This document shows, piece by piece, positions 47,961-60,559 of a stretch of DNA of 64,000 bases. The notes under the pieces were generated by a model. The model had not been told where the DNA came from. It made no database searches and worked only from the letters and a program-made list of their open reading frames with translations. Both the position numbers and the translations under genes were made by a program. Every line of letters starts with the position of its first letter. The stretch's first letter is position 1. Origin of the DNA: Macrostomum lignano (Eukaryota). The stretch covers positions 62,001 through 126,000 of the forward strand of contig NIVC01001435.1 of NCBI GenBank assembly GCA_002269645.1, read 5' to 3'.

Positions 47961-49361
47961 GGCTGATGTACTTTACTGTTTCTTCAACAGCTGGAGCTCA
48001 GTTAATAGGAAAAAGGTATTATTTTAAGTTGAGTTGTTTTAAGCGGTTTGCGGAGGGTAGAGAGGGGGAAAACCGCAGCCAGTGAGAACAGGTTACAGAC
48101 TTGCACTTAGCTGCCGACTTTGAAGAGTTCTTTAACTATACCGACTAGTGCTGGATCGAGTGCACCGAAATATGAGGGCTATCTGTGTCCTCTAATATAG
48201 AGATGTCCTCTAATATCCATAGAGATTTTTTAACAGTCATTGTTAATGGAGCGTACTCGTACTAACCAATGTGTTTATTAATGTTTCTAGCCAAGATTTT
48301 ATTGGTCGGAAAGTGCAGCGCCCAATGAGAAATTGAGGTATAGTAGTTCTAGATTTGATATTGCTTAAATGTTTTAAATTATTTAATATTGCTCAATGTG
48401 TTATAAAATTCTTTTAAATACAATTTTGTTTATATTATAATTACTATTTACATACCTACAAATGTGTAATAATTTTGATACCAGGTTCGGGGTTCGGGGT
48501 TAGGTGTTCGGGTTTGGGTTTTCGGGTCGGGTTTAGGGTCGGGTTTTCGGGGTTTTTGGGTTCAAAGGAAATATAAACTTTAGCTATTTTAAAAATAAAT
48601 TTCTCCCAATGTCGTTATGAAACGCTTTTTAAGTATAAAAAGGCGAATATCTAAACTTCGAAAAACCGAAATCAATGCCAATTACCAAGTCTTCTAAACT
48701 GCGCCCATTACATGTAGTCCCCATTTGGTCGAACCTATGCTATGCAATTGTTATAAATAATTATAATAGTAAATAACGACCAATTTTTTGTTTTTGAGGT
48801 AAATGCAAAGTTTTTAATTAAAAAATTTAGGGTGTTCAGCCTTTATTATTTATTTATTTTTCTTTATTTAATTTATTTTTCCAAAAGCACAATATAATTT
48901 TTATGCCTTTATGCTACTGGCATTGCAGCAGGGAGGGTACAGAATATCATTTCTATGAGAGGAGATGTTTATACTTCTATTAGCACTGAACAATTTTAGG
49001 GAAGATCTTTCTGGCCAGTGAGGAATCAAGCGCGCCACTACAGACAAAAATGAGTGCTACGAGGGATACTCCAAAAGTTTTGCAATTCGACTAGTTTAAG
49101 TTACTACTGTCAAATTTCTCTATTATAATCTTTCAAAGTAGGCTCCCCAGAACTGAAAACACTTGTGCGCTCGTCCGAGCCACTTGTTTATGAGGCCCTG
49201 AAACTCTTTAATTAGGAAGCTACCAATCGCTTTCTTCGACGCCTGCTCAAGCTCCTCGTCGGACTGAATCCTGCGCCCCCTAAGCGACTTTTTGATTTCT
49301 GGAATAAGTCAGAAGTCACAGAGGGCGAGGCCTCGGGAGTAGGGCGGGTGTGGTAGCGTTG

Positions 49362-50209
49362 TGTAGTGACTGGCTGCTAACTGGCTATTCAGCAGCATTC
49401 ACTAGCTTTCCCTAAGGGCGCTGTGATCCGCTGCACAGTAGCTCAGTCCACCTGATCTAGTGAGAGAGATACTTTGTGCTGGGCCTATGTGTTTACTGCC
49501 CAATGACTCATCGCCTGAGCGGGCGCGGGCAGCCACACTCAATGTCTTCCCACTCGCGCTGAGGAAGCGTAGCAGGATGACTCATCACCTGCGCGGAGTA
49601 TAATGGCTGCCTAGACGGAGTAAACAGGATGACTCATCCGCCCATGTTCTATTTTTAGCACAGAATAAGCACGTGACTGTGCACGCACGCTGTGCGTGGC
49701 CACTGACCTTGAGTCACGCCACTGCTGCGTGACAGGGTTGCCTTATTTGGAAGTTGGCCTTGAATCACGCGTCGTTCGCATGATTTCAATGCCCAAATAA
49801 GGAAGTTTCACGCGCTCACCGCTTGAAACTCACGTGACTTTTGGGGGTCCGCTCGTCTATAAATACGGAGCATCTGCGAGCCATTTTTCTCCAGACTGCG
49901 TCGTCTCGCGGAGCATTGTGGCTAACTCGTGAAGCCTCTGCCTCCGAGCTCTCCTCTCTCATTTCAGGTTTTACAGGTTTTCAGGTCCGAGCAGCATTCA
50001 ACTAAGACGATCGACTGTCGAGACATTTTCAGATTTGGCCTTTGCTCCGATTGCCTTCGTTAATTTTATTTTAGGTGACGGATAGACAACTCTGCCTACG
50101 CGTCGAGTCCGCACACCAAGGTGGCAGCAACCCTACCAAGTCAAGGCTAACGTTTTAGGTTCAATTTTCAGGCAAATCGATAGGACCGAAGCAAAGGGCA
50201 AACGTTACA
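49362..50209 (+). mobile_element. Solo LTR (848 bp) inserted in the mariner transposase
   Basis: Starts TGTAG and ends TTACA, flanked by a 4-bp TSD GTTG (49358-49361 and 50210-50213). Internal TATAAAT near 49858 and several TGACTCA motifs. Removing it restores the transposase reading (SIATL/PHPPYS). Confidence 0.82.
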
Positions 50210-50739
50210 GTTGCAATGCTCTCTTAGTCCAGTAGCGCTTGAGTTGCAGCAGTCGTGTGGGCGGGGGCTTGTCGCGGTGAAGCTTCCACCCTCGCTAAAA
50301 TCACGACTAGCAAGCACTCTTCAGTTTACCATCGAGCAGTGACAGTAGCTTGACCCTCCAGCTTCACCATCGCCAACACGCCCTGTGAATCGAAGAAGAA
50401 GGCAAACATCCGCTTGTCCCAGCCCTGGGACCGGGACCATCTTGCCTTCAGGGTTCGTTGCCCACCTCCAGCCACCCACTCTGCACTTCTGCGCTTTGTC
50501 TCGACGTCAAAATGATACAGAAACATCTCATCACCAGTGATGACTTCAGAACGGTGATGATGGCTACCGTGCTCATATCGATCGATGAGAAACTCGCAGA
50601 ACTTTATGCGGGCCTGTTTCTTAGCACCTGTCAGGATGTAGGTATCCATCTTGCAAAAAGGTTCCTGACTGTCAGGTGATCGTGTAGAATCGTAACGACC
50701 GCTGCCGATCCGATGCCAATGCAGAGATCTCCAAACATG

Positions 50740-53700
50740 GTAGCCTACTAGAAGTAGTAAGATAAAATTTTGAACACCAATTTAAAAATAGCTATGCGTG
50801 ATACTCTATTTTTAGTAATACCAGTAACATCACGCAGACTGCGAGTGACTATGCTACTGTTCGAAAAACTGGTTCTCAACATCTATTTTTAGAACTTTCA
50901 AATATGGTACATGTTAACCTGAATGTGACCCAAGTCTCACCCTTTTCTATTCAAAAACCCCACCTGTCAAATAATAAAATTCCTTTTGTGACCTCATCAA
51001 GAAACCGGTTTTGAGCTCAAGGTCAACTCAAGGAGTCAAGGCCGACAAATTGTGTATAAATGCAAACGCAAAATCCGAGCTAAAAATCTCAGACTCGGAG
51101 CAGCCTCCAAAGATCTTGGGCTTTGCAAGAGCAGCCAAACGAGGCTATATCTCTGAGGAAGAGATAAACACCAATTGGTAAGCTTTGTTCGAGTCTTCGT
51201 TATTTGATTTTTGAGAGCGATTGTTATTGCCGGCCGTTACTGTTCAGTTGATTTTATTGATTTTATTGAGTTTGAGGCCTCCCTTTTCCTAAGGGATTGG
51301 ATGGGATCTGCGGACCGATTCCGATACCCTTAAAGGATTATCGATTGACTGATTTGGTTTTCCTAGAGTAACCGATAGGAGCACACGACTCCGATTCCGT
51401 TAGTTCTAGAAGAAGACGCCCTTTCTGGAGGACCTCGTTATTGTTATAGAGTTGACTTTGTTATTAGGGCGCGTCTCTGATTTCTGCAATCTGATGTAAC
51501 CACGCTCTGGTCGCGGGATAGGGCATGGGAACTTTTTCGAAAGTGCCTCCTATCCCGTGCACCCTCTGCACAGAGCTGTCGAGACTCGGCCAGGTCTCCG
51601 ACCGGGCCTGGAGACTCCCGCTCTGCTGCACCCCTCCTGCTGCCTTGGTCCCGTCTCTCCTGCCGCCACACCTGCCTTTCCGGAGCCCCTACCCCTTTCT
51701 GTACCTCCCCCTCCACCCTATCTCTTCTGTTCCCGCCCTATTCTTCCTGTACTTTCTCTACCTCCTCCCTTTTTTTGTCTCCCTCTGCACTCTTTTCCTG
51801 CGCTGTCCCCTCTTTCCCTGTGTCTACTTACAGTACTTTGTGTGCTCACCGTCTCCCCATCCCCTCTCAAACTCCCAAACGGTGACGCAAGTCGTGTGAC
51901 CCCTTCTCCCCTCGGTGACTCATCGATGACTCATCCCCCTCTCTTGCGCAACCTTTTCTCACGCTATTGTTCTCCTTCCCAAATTTCTCATGTGACACCC
52001 ACCCCACCTCCGCTTCTATTGTTCTCGTTTTTGCTTCTTTTGTTCTCTCGACCCCACCAATTATCACATTTTCTCCGATTTTCTCTTTCTTTTGTTCTCG
52101 TTTTCGCACCTAATTATCACCTTTTCTCCAATGTTTACTTTTCCATTGTTCTCAGTTTTCCCCAATTATCCCCGATTTCCAATTCCTTTGTTCTCGACCC
52201 CAGCCCTATTGTTCTCAATGTTTGCTTGCGCAACACTTTCGCGACCACCCGCTGCGCCAATTATCCCCCACCCCACCTCCGGATTGCGCAATTTCCCGAT
52301 TTCTCATGTTGCTATGCCGGTCTCATGCTTCTCATCATGACTCATTCTGACGTCATTCTGCCGGCAGCCAATCAGAGAGAGGGAGCCATGGTAACGACCT
52401 TGAGGAGGCGGCTGTGAGGTCTATAAAAGGAAGCGATTTCGGCATGAGAATACTCAACTGAGTTTAGCTCTGTTCCTCTCCTCGTCCTTCTTTGGACTTG
52501 CTGTCAGATTGAGTTCTGACTCATTCGTCTATAAGACGAATCCCTGCCGGCCCGCGGTCTGTTACCGCCAAGTTATCCTTAGCTCCCCAAGTGAGCTCGC
52601 CTATCGGCCAGCGGTCTGATACCGCCCAGCATCATCAGCATCGCCTGATCTACATCAGCGCCTCGTCGCTCCAGCGCATCGCCGCTTCACCGTCTGCCTG
52701 ACTGCAGCCTACAGCCGCCCTCGGTCACTCCGCCTCTCTCTCTCTCTGTGCAGCTGCCGGTAAGTTCCTACTACTAATTTGTGCTCTAATTGCCTTTGCT
52801 TATCCGGGGTTTGCCTATTTTCCATTGTCTGATTAGAGAGCTGAGCCAATTGTGATACCGTATCTTTTGCTGTATTTTACTCAATAGTGAAGCCGCCTAA
52901 TTGCCTGCTTATTTGCCTAAGGGCCTAATTATTAACTATTAACTAACTTCATCATTATTCAATCTTTCACCATCATTTCACTCATGGCTTGCTAAGCCTT
53001 TCTCCCGGGTGGCAAAGCATAAGGAAGTTTGGGTAAGCTAATGGCCTCTCCCCGTGCAAAGCCCGCCTGTGAGTGCGTGCTGCGGGGCCGCGTGTGCGTG
53101 CAGTAGAGGGATTAGCGAGTCTTGGCACAGAATGGCAGTAGGAAGGTTGCAACCCCATGCTAGAGCGTCCCTTCGCCCTGAGCAATCTAAACTGTAGACA
53201 GTACATGTTCGCCTCATACTACTCTTAGTAATCAAAGTCGCAAGTCAGCCTCGCTCACAGCCACAAAGGATCCCCTGCTGAGAAATCCTCCAGGATTGAG
53301 CCAGAGTTCCCGATCATGCCCCAAGCAGAGTCCCTGTACTCGGCTGCATGCGTCTCCCCTGTTAGCCTAAATCCCCTGGTAACCAATCCAGGCGGGGCTC
53401 TAGCCTCGAGAGGTCTGGTAGAAAGATCCAGGTGCGCCAGGTCACATAGAGTGGTGGCAGCCACTCGGTCATACTATGACCGAGTGACCAACTATTGCAC
53501 CTTGGCTACAGGTGGGGTCCATGTGGGTCCTTGGCCCTCTGGTCACGAAGCGCTACCAAAGCTACTAATCATGTGGGCGGGACAGTCTGGTGCTGGAGGT
53601 CCGTCAGGTCATTGCCCGGTCATAGGCAGCCTACGGTCATTGCCCCCTCTAGCCATGCGTTCGTCTCTCTACGGAGCGGACAGGCGACAAGGGCGGTTAC

Positions 53701-53957
53701 ATCAAATCGAGAAATACTTCGACGTCGACGGATTAAATTGTTACGCTCTCGCGTTCGGCCGATTTATAGAATTCAAGAAGACTACTCCGGAGGAAAAAGA
53801 TTTGAGAAACGAGCTCGGAGAACCTGCCCAACAAAGAAGAGGAGCCCGCAACAGTAAGTGATCACTGAATTCTGTTCCCAGGCTTAACGTCTGGAAGTGA
53901 GAGTTTTTTGAGTGACTGATCACCACCCGATTAAACTTTTCACCGACATTCATATCT
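50740..53957. mobile_element. ~3.2-kb composite insertion in the mariner, of unknown family and with LTR-like promoter sequence
   Basis: Flanked by duplicated AACATG. Removing it restores ...RITTDMFGDLCIGIGSAAVVTILH. Contains a CCAAT plus TATAAAA promoter-like block (52370-52430), TGACTCA motifs and a pyrimidine-rich tract. No recognisable enzyme ORF. Confidence 0.65.
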
Positions 53958-55765
53958 AACATGTCCGTGGTGATTCGCTGAACCTGATGGATCAGCTCCT
54001 GTACTGCATCGATGGTTTCTTCCGTCACTGCTGTCGGAGGTCTCCCGGGCCGGGGGTCGTCAGAAAAACTGGTCCTGCCGGCCTGGAACTCGCGGTACCA
54101 ACGTGAAACTGTAGCATATGTGCTACAGTGCTTGAGTCTCCGATGCTGCCAGTAACTCGGCATGAGTCTCAAGCGCCGTGAGCTTTCGCTTGCAACAGTA
54201 CCAAATCAGTAGCTGGTTTTGCTCGCAATTCAATTCCATGGCTGCAGCTGTACAGTTAAGGAGTCACTGACTTTGAATAGGGGCTGTGCAGGCGTATATG
54301 CATGAATTAACTTTAAAATTGAGGTACGGACTACACGCGCAAGTGGTTGAATTGCAAAACTTGTGAAGTAACCCTCGTATGTATGTAACCATACGGACAG
54401 ACTTGTGGCAATAAGTCTCTAAAAATGCGAATTCCCTTTTGACTACTGGTCTAGTCAAATGCACTCGTGTAACTGGTGTCCCAAAAAGGGCAACTTTTGT
54501 AACTCACTCCTGTCCAGCACTTTTTACGCCATCAGGCAACGCTGCATACGAAACGAAAACATCTGTAAATGATCTGTCAAACAGTAGCCCTAGAAAATAG
54601 GCAGCTTTGCACTCGGGCGAATGCAGACCATGGACAGCATCTTCCGGATCGGATTTGCGTCAGGGGCCGACACTGTCTCTCTTCTAAAGCAACTTCCGCC
54701 ATTTGTCTCGGGCTAAAGCTCCTGATACCAGATTGAGCTACAGTTGTTTTGTTTCGGCATGTCGCGTAGCCTAGAGATCACGGTGTAAGAGCGCCGTTGA
54801 TTCATTGGTGCACCGCTGGTGTGAAGCCGATTTTATAATATTGAAATCTAAAGGCCAGTTCGCATTGTCGCTAATAGCTCTGATTGGTCACAGATTGCTT
54901 GAATAAATTATTTCGTATAAAATGGGTCTGAATCAACTGAACATGGATTTCAGCCGGCCTTTAAAGGCTTGTTCACATCGGTTGCAGTCGGCGGTTCATA
55001 ACCAATGCGAACGGGCAGTGAGAGATGCATTGTCACCTTGAGTGAGTTATCGAGCTGTTTATTGTACAATATGTGATGGTTGCTTATCAGTTGTCATATT
55101 TAGTAAATTTAAGTAGAGCTTGAGCCATTTTGAGTAGAAACTCATTAAGGCTGCTCGAAACTACCCCATAATACGAGTGTATTAAAAAACGAGGCTCGAA
55201 ATATTTTTAGCAGTGTAAGAACTTCGGGCGAATTTCAAATCCAGGACGCTACCCCTCGGCCAAGAACTCAGCCTCCGACGAGCAAAGAACGAAGTTAGCT
55301 TATACATATCGTCATTGAAGAAATGTATTCAGAAACTACAGTGCTTATGATTCTTTAGACGCCTTCAACCATTCAGTTTCTCATCGTGCCGACCTCTTTC
55401 GGCAAATCTTTATTTATGCGCGGTGCAGCAGGGAGACAACTTTAATTGAAAAGACAAAAAGAAGAAGAAAACTGTAAAGTGCAGCTCCACGGTAACCATG
55501 GGGTGGGGTTGCATGCCAAACTACTCGAACATTGCCTAATAAGTTTGCAAATTAATAATTTACATGTAAATTCTAAATCTGCTCGTTTCTTGGAAATAAT
55601 GGCAATCGGACATACAAAGGCGGTGAAAATTGTTAGAGCTAGGGTACGCACTAACTACGTCTTCGAATAAAGGAATTCGTTGGCCAAATTAAAGTACAGA
55701 AGAGCCGACTGACACAGCCGAATGCCCCAGCGTCGAAGCAAATTTTCTCAGGAGCCCTCGCGACC

Positions 55766-57984
55766 TCAGAAGCGCCTGTCAAAGCCGGCGCTGACTTCAA
55801 AACACGGCTGGCTGAACCTCGTACCGACCGGTCGGGCGAATATTTCTGAGCAGCAGAACCAGCGGGTGGATCAGGGACACGCAGATGAGGCCGGCCAGGA
55901 TGCAGTTAATCTGCAGGGGATTGACAGCTTCTTTTGTGCGGCCAAGTGGGTTTTTGATTAACAATAAAACATCTTTTGAGCCCTGAGCTCACAGTATCCG
56001 GGTTTCGCGAGTCCTGCAACCAGCCTGTGAGCGGCACCGTCAGGAATGCGAACGGCGCGGCTATGCAGACGATGCCTGAGTTCACAATGCCAAAGTTCTC
56101 CAGTTTGAAGCTGTGTAACCGGGTTGGGGACCGGATTTCATGAGCTTTGAAAGTTAGGAAATATAAAAGCTGACAGACAAACCGCCAGACAAAGACCACC
56201 ATGCACTCTGACATACCAGCACAGTTGTCTGGAACTCACACAGAAATGCAGTAGTTGCCGAGCGTAGAGTAAACGAAGGTCCTGAACACTGAGAACACAA
56301 AAAATGTAGGGATAAGACTGTCTGTGCTATTCGGCAGCATCATCAAACAGCTGATCGCTCCAAACAAAGCCGTAAGACTCAACGTAGTCACCATATTAAG
56401 TTTGCAAGACCGGTGGTCGTTGTGACGCACTAAAATGTTTACGAGGATGAAATGTCGATGATGTCAACGTATGGTTTTGCAAAGTTACTGCAATGCTTCT
56501 GATGTGCTTTTGAGCCGTTTTTTTTCTTAAATCGATTACACACTCGTATACCCACCTACCGACAAGCCATTTTTGTATACCGGTATGGATCTGATATAAG
56601 ATTATTAATTAAACTAATTGGTAACAGAACTATCCTCACGTGTCGGTATGAACCGCTTCTACAGGTCCAGCAGCAAACCGGGAAGCAGCGAGACCAGCGG
56701 ACTTGTCAGAAAGAAATAGCCAAACACGGTAGCGTAGTGCTCCACCAAATTCTTGTCTCCCTTGGTGACCAAGTCTACGTAGTCGTTAAAGAGCCGAAGA
56801 AATAGCTTAGCCACAGGCTGTTGCAGATCATCCACAGGACCATGAGGAAGAAGTCTGTTGTCAGAAGGAACTGTATGGCCGAGCAGCGGGCCTTCTTTGT
56901 CTGATTATGAAAATATATAAAAAGACTAGGTGAGCTGCAGAATGTAGGTACGCAAAAATCATGTATCATGTGCAGTAGCATTCAAAAAACATTAATTTAA
57001 GTATTGATTGAATTGTTCCAGGATTAAATTTCTAACAGCTTGAAAAAAACAGTCCATAGAATGGAAGATCTCGTTCAGTAGGGCGAATCGTACATGTAGC
57101 TCGTAAAAGCGCAGATGGTACCAACCTTGCTGGCTTGGGAGGCCTCAGCCGATTCCATTATCGAGTTGCAACCAGGCGAACTAGACAAACTGGGCTTCTG
57201 TTTCTGGGTCGCCGGGCCCGAATCGACCTGGAGACGATTGTACTTTCCGACAGTCAGGCTGATGGTCAGCACGCCGAGGCCTGTGTAGACTCCGAATGCG
57301 ATGAAGCTGTCTACCAGCGTCAAATAGCGTATAAGTGCACCCCAAATGATTAATGTTTAATCTAATTAACTCACAACGAGCGCTAACATCACCATAATGC
57401 AGGCGTCGAACAGGCCGCTAATTATTGAAGCAACCATGCACGAACGGAAATTTCACCATGGTGATAAGGTGCAATTTAGACATAAAGATCTGAATACCGG
57501 AGATTCCCAGTAGGATTGTGCCAGGAAAGATCAGCCAGTCGGCCCCTATCAGATATTTGACTGGGAACATCAAATGTGAGTAACTGCTGGTATATTGGGA
57601 AAAACACGCGGACTCAAATCTCTCACCTGGCTGCACCAGCGTGAAGCAGAGGCTTCCCAGCCCGAACAGCGCCGCAGCGAAAGTCTTCACCACTCGGAAG
57701 CCCAAACGGTCCAGAATGAACCCGGATGCGACATTGCCGAACGGCGTCACCACCTGGGTGACGCGCGCTGCAGAACAGCTAGCAGTGGCGTTGGCGCCAG
57801 CTGTGACATTGGGTGCGCACAGGTGGCCGTAGACACCGCGGTCATTGAGCACGGGAACCAGAGAGACCACGCCATAGAATAGACCGGAGAAGAGCAGAGT
57901 CTCCAGCATGGCGAGGCCGATGGTGACGGCGATGCGCAGGCTGGAAGGCGCTGCCGGAGGCGGCTTCTTCTCGCTGTCAGACAT
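55766..57984 (-). pseudogene. SLC43-like transporter, paralogue 4, probable pseudogene
   Basis: Homologous to all 7 exons of the other copies, but with a 24-bp in-frame deletion in exon 1; a 4-bp insertion near 57435 giving a premature TAG at 57418; a 12-bp deletion near 57248; a 1-bp deletion near 56786; and no clear exon-3 acceptor. Confidence 0.75.
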
Positions 57985-60559
57985 GCTTATGGACTGAGAA
58001 AATACTACTTCACCTATTTAGTTGGTCCTTTAGACAAGCATAATGTACCTCTGCACCTTTTCAGCTTCGTTTTATAGCAGAATAATAGGAAAGAGACACG
58101 AGGGTATGCATTCTCCGTTCATGCGTGACTACAGTACATGTATTGATAGTAGTAGTTTGCTTAACCAAAGATCAAATGGAGAGCTCCATTCCAGGTTGGC
58201 TAAATTAGTTAGTTAAGCACCGTGCATGCATTTGGTTAAAGATTCGCGTCACTGAAAAATCTGTTGCTCTGCTTTCCGGGTGAAAGCTATAGCTGGTCTG
58301 GCCGTCCTGATATGCTGGCTAAAGTGTTGGCATGACCTAGCTTGAAACAGGATCATAGGTACGCATGCGTGCTCACATCTGACATGTACACGCAGCCATC
58401 GACTAAATCATGCGCCTACAAATTATTGGTAAAACTATTTAATATATGCATATGTTACGTGTACGGTAACTGCTTTAAAACACAATAGTTACAAGCTAAT
58501 GTATTATCTGTTGATTTTTTCAATAAGTGCTTACTTCGGAGAAGGCTTAGTGGTCGGATCAATTATTGTATGATTTTTAATGATGTGAAATCTGTTCCTC
58601 AAACAGACTAAGTCTATAAACACTTAGTGTAGTACTGTAAGTACTGTAGTCTTATCATAGAGAACTATTTAAAGGAAAAGCACGCTACATTCATGCGGAC
58701 ATAATTGTAAAGCGTATTGATGTGCTCGGCCTTCTTTAAGGGATCAGCAGATGCTTGTCGGGTCTCAAAACATAGAAATTACTTAATGCTCTGACCACCC
58801 ATCCCTGTCAAATGATCAGCCGCAAAGGTAGCATATGATGTGTCTACGAGAGCAGCTGGGTACATGGTGAAGAGCGGACACCGAGGGATAAACACAGAGA
58901 ATTTGAAAGGCAGAATCAGTCAGCTAATCCGGATCTAACCCCAACGCCACCAACCCGTGCAAATACCAAACCAGCTCTCTCGAAATCGAATGAAGTTTCT
59001 ATAATAGAATGAAATTTTTAAGAAGCCTGAAGAGAAAAATTAATAGGGAATAGGGAATAAGAAGAGAAGATAGGATAGAGAGAAGTAAAGAATAGAGAAG
59101 ATAGTAGACGAGAAAAAAAGGAATAAAATGCCATCGCTACTTGTAGGAGTAAGTTTAGTGCAGCAGGGGAAGTAGCTCATGTGCCGTCACATCAGTGCTG
59201 AAAGTCCGTCCTCGCAAAAGCAATTAAAGCTTTTTGTTCATGTATTATGATGCATTTCTCGCAGTTTAACTGACTTTACAGCATTTTAAATTGTGTAATT
59301 TATTCCTCATTTTGTATGTGGTATCTGCAGAAGAACTTTGAAACAAGATAAAAGTAAAAATCATTGTCTTATATCATGGCAGAGGGCCGCGCGCAGCTTA
59401 AAATATTAAAATATAAAATATAAAATATAAATTTAGCATCTTCAAACAGTTGATTAAACATTATTTCCATTCAAACAAAAACTGTCTAATCTGTCACGAA
59501 TACATAAGCAAAAATCTTTAGCACTTTTTGCTAAGTAAGAAAAGATGCTTGAAAACCTTTGTAAGAATTGAAACAATTAGTTTGCGTCAGAGTCATCCTA
59601 AATTTTAGAAATTTTAATTTACCTATTATCGCCACATTTTCGACCATGTTTTGTGACAAATCGCGAGTGTGACGTCTATGCGTCTATTTAATATTTGCGA
59701 AAAAATTCAGTCTTACGGGCTAAGGCTGAATCTTAGATAGAAAGTTGTATCATATTTATGCGTAAATAGGAAACAGAAGCATGATTCAAATTGTAGTAAA
59801 CATATGCCTTAAATTTTCTTGATAATTTTTTGTGGTAATTTACCTTCTTTATACTCGTATCTGTCCAACTTATTTATTTTCGTATTTCTTTTCGTTAAGG
59901 TAAAAACAAGACATGTGCCTCCTATTACATACCGCTTTAGAATGTAGCTTGAGATTGAGACTTAGAATTAGCATCTAACATTTTGTTCTTTAGTTTAGAA
60001 AGGCTATTTGTTGTAATTCTTTTTGACACGATATATTTAAATTCACTTCAGTTTTTCATCTGAAGAACAATATACAAAGTCTTTGTCCTTTGTCTTTTAA
60101 AAAATGTATAGGTCTACTTTATCTTTCTGGACGATTTACTTATAACTGCCATAAGTTTTTACATAAAAATATACATGGTAATATTATTAAATGTTTTGTT
60201 ATTTTTTTAATTTCCCTTCTCTATTAATTTGATTTTAATTTGTATTGTAATTAGGGAATGATAACTAGTAGGAAAGAATGGTATATATTTGTTTGAAAGT
60301 TATTACAACTTTAATTAAGTTGCATATTGTTAATAGCAAAGTTATTTCATTCTTTTTAAATAAAATTTCCAAAGATAGGTAAAATAGTGGAGTCTTTTAT
60401 TTCTGATAGTTACTAATAAACATATTTCTCTTCATATAAGCTCTGTATATGATAAAAATTTGTTAAAATCATCTGTTATTATATTTTCAGTCGTATTTTC
60501 TAAACTAGAGTAAAAAGCCAGAGGATATTATCTCAGGAATCTAGCGATAGCGCGGACTC

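Larger units (their letters stand above)
49060..54377 (-). mobile_element. Mariner (DD34D) transposon, degraded and split by two nested insertions
   Basis: TA-flanked imperfect TIRs: CGAGGGATACTCCAAAAGTTTTGCAATT at 49060 and AATTGCAAAACTTGTGAAGTAACCCTCG ending at 54377. Transposase pieces: ~54172-53958 (TVSRWYREF...DDPRPGRP); ~50739-50214 (ILHDHL, ARW, VITGDE, LHRDKP corresponding to HHDNA); ~49361-49120 (HPPYSRGLALCDF corresponding to YSPDLAP). Confidence 0.9.

Noticed and set aside
51575-51625. GC-rich hairpin considered as a possible ribozyme
   Set aside because: No hammerhead core (CTGATGA...GAAA) and no convincing HDV-like pseudoknot could be built by eye.
52980-53860. Possible LINE endonuclease or other protein in the nested insert
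   Set aside because: Only a vague ILEDFSA similarity to a GDFNA motif, with no other conserved motifs in frame.
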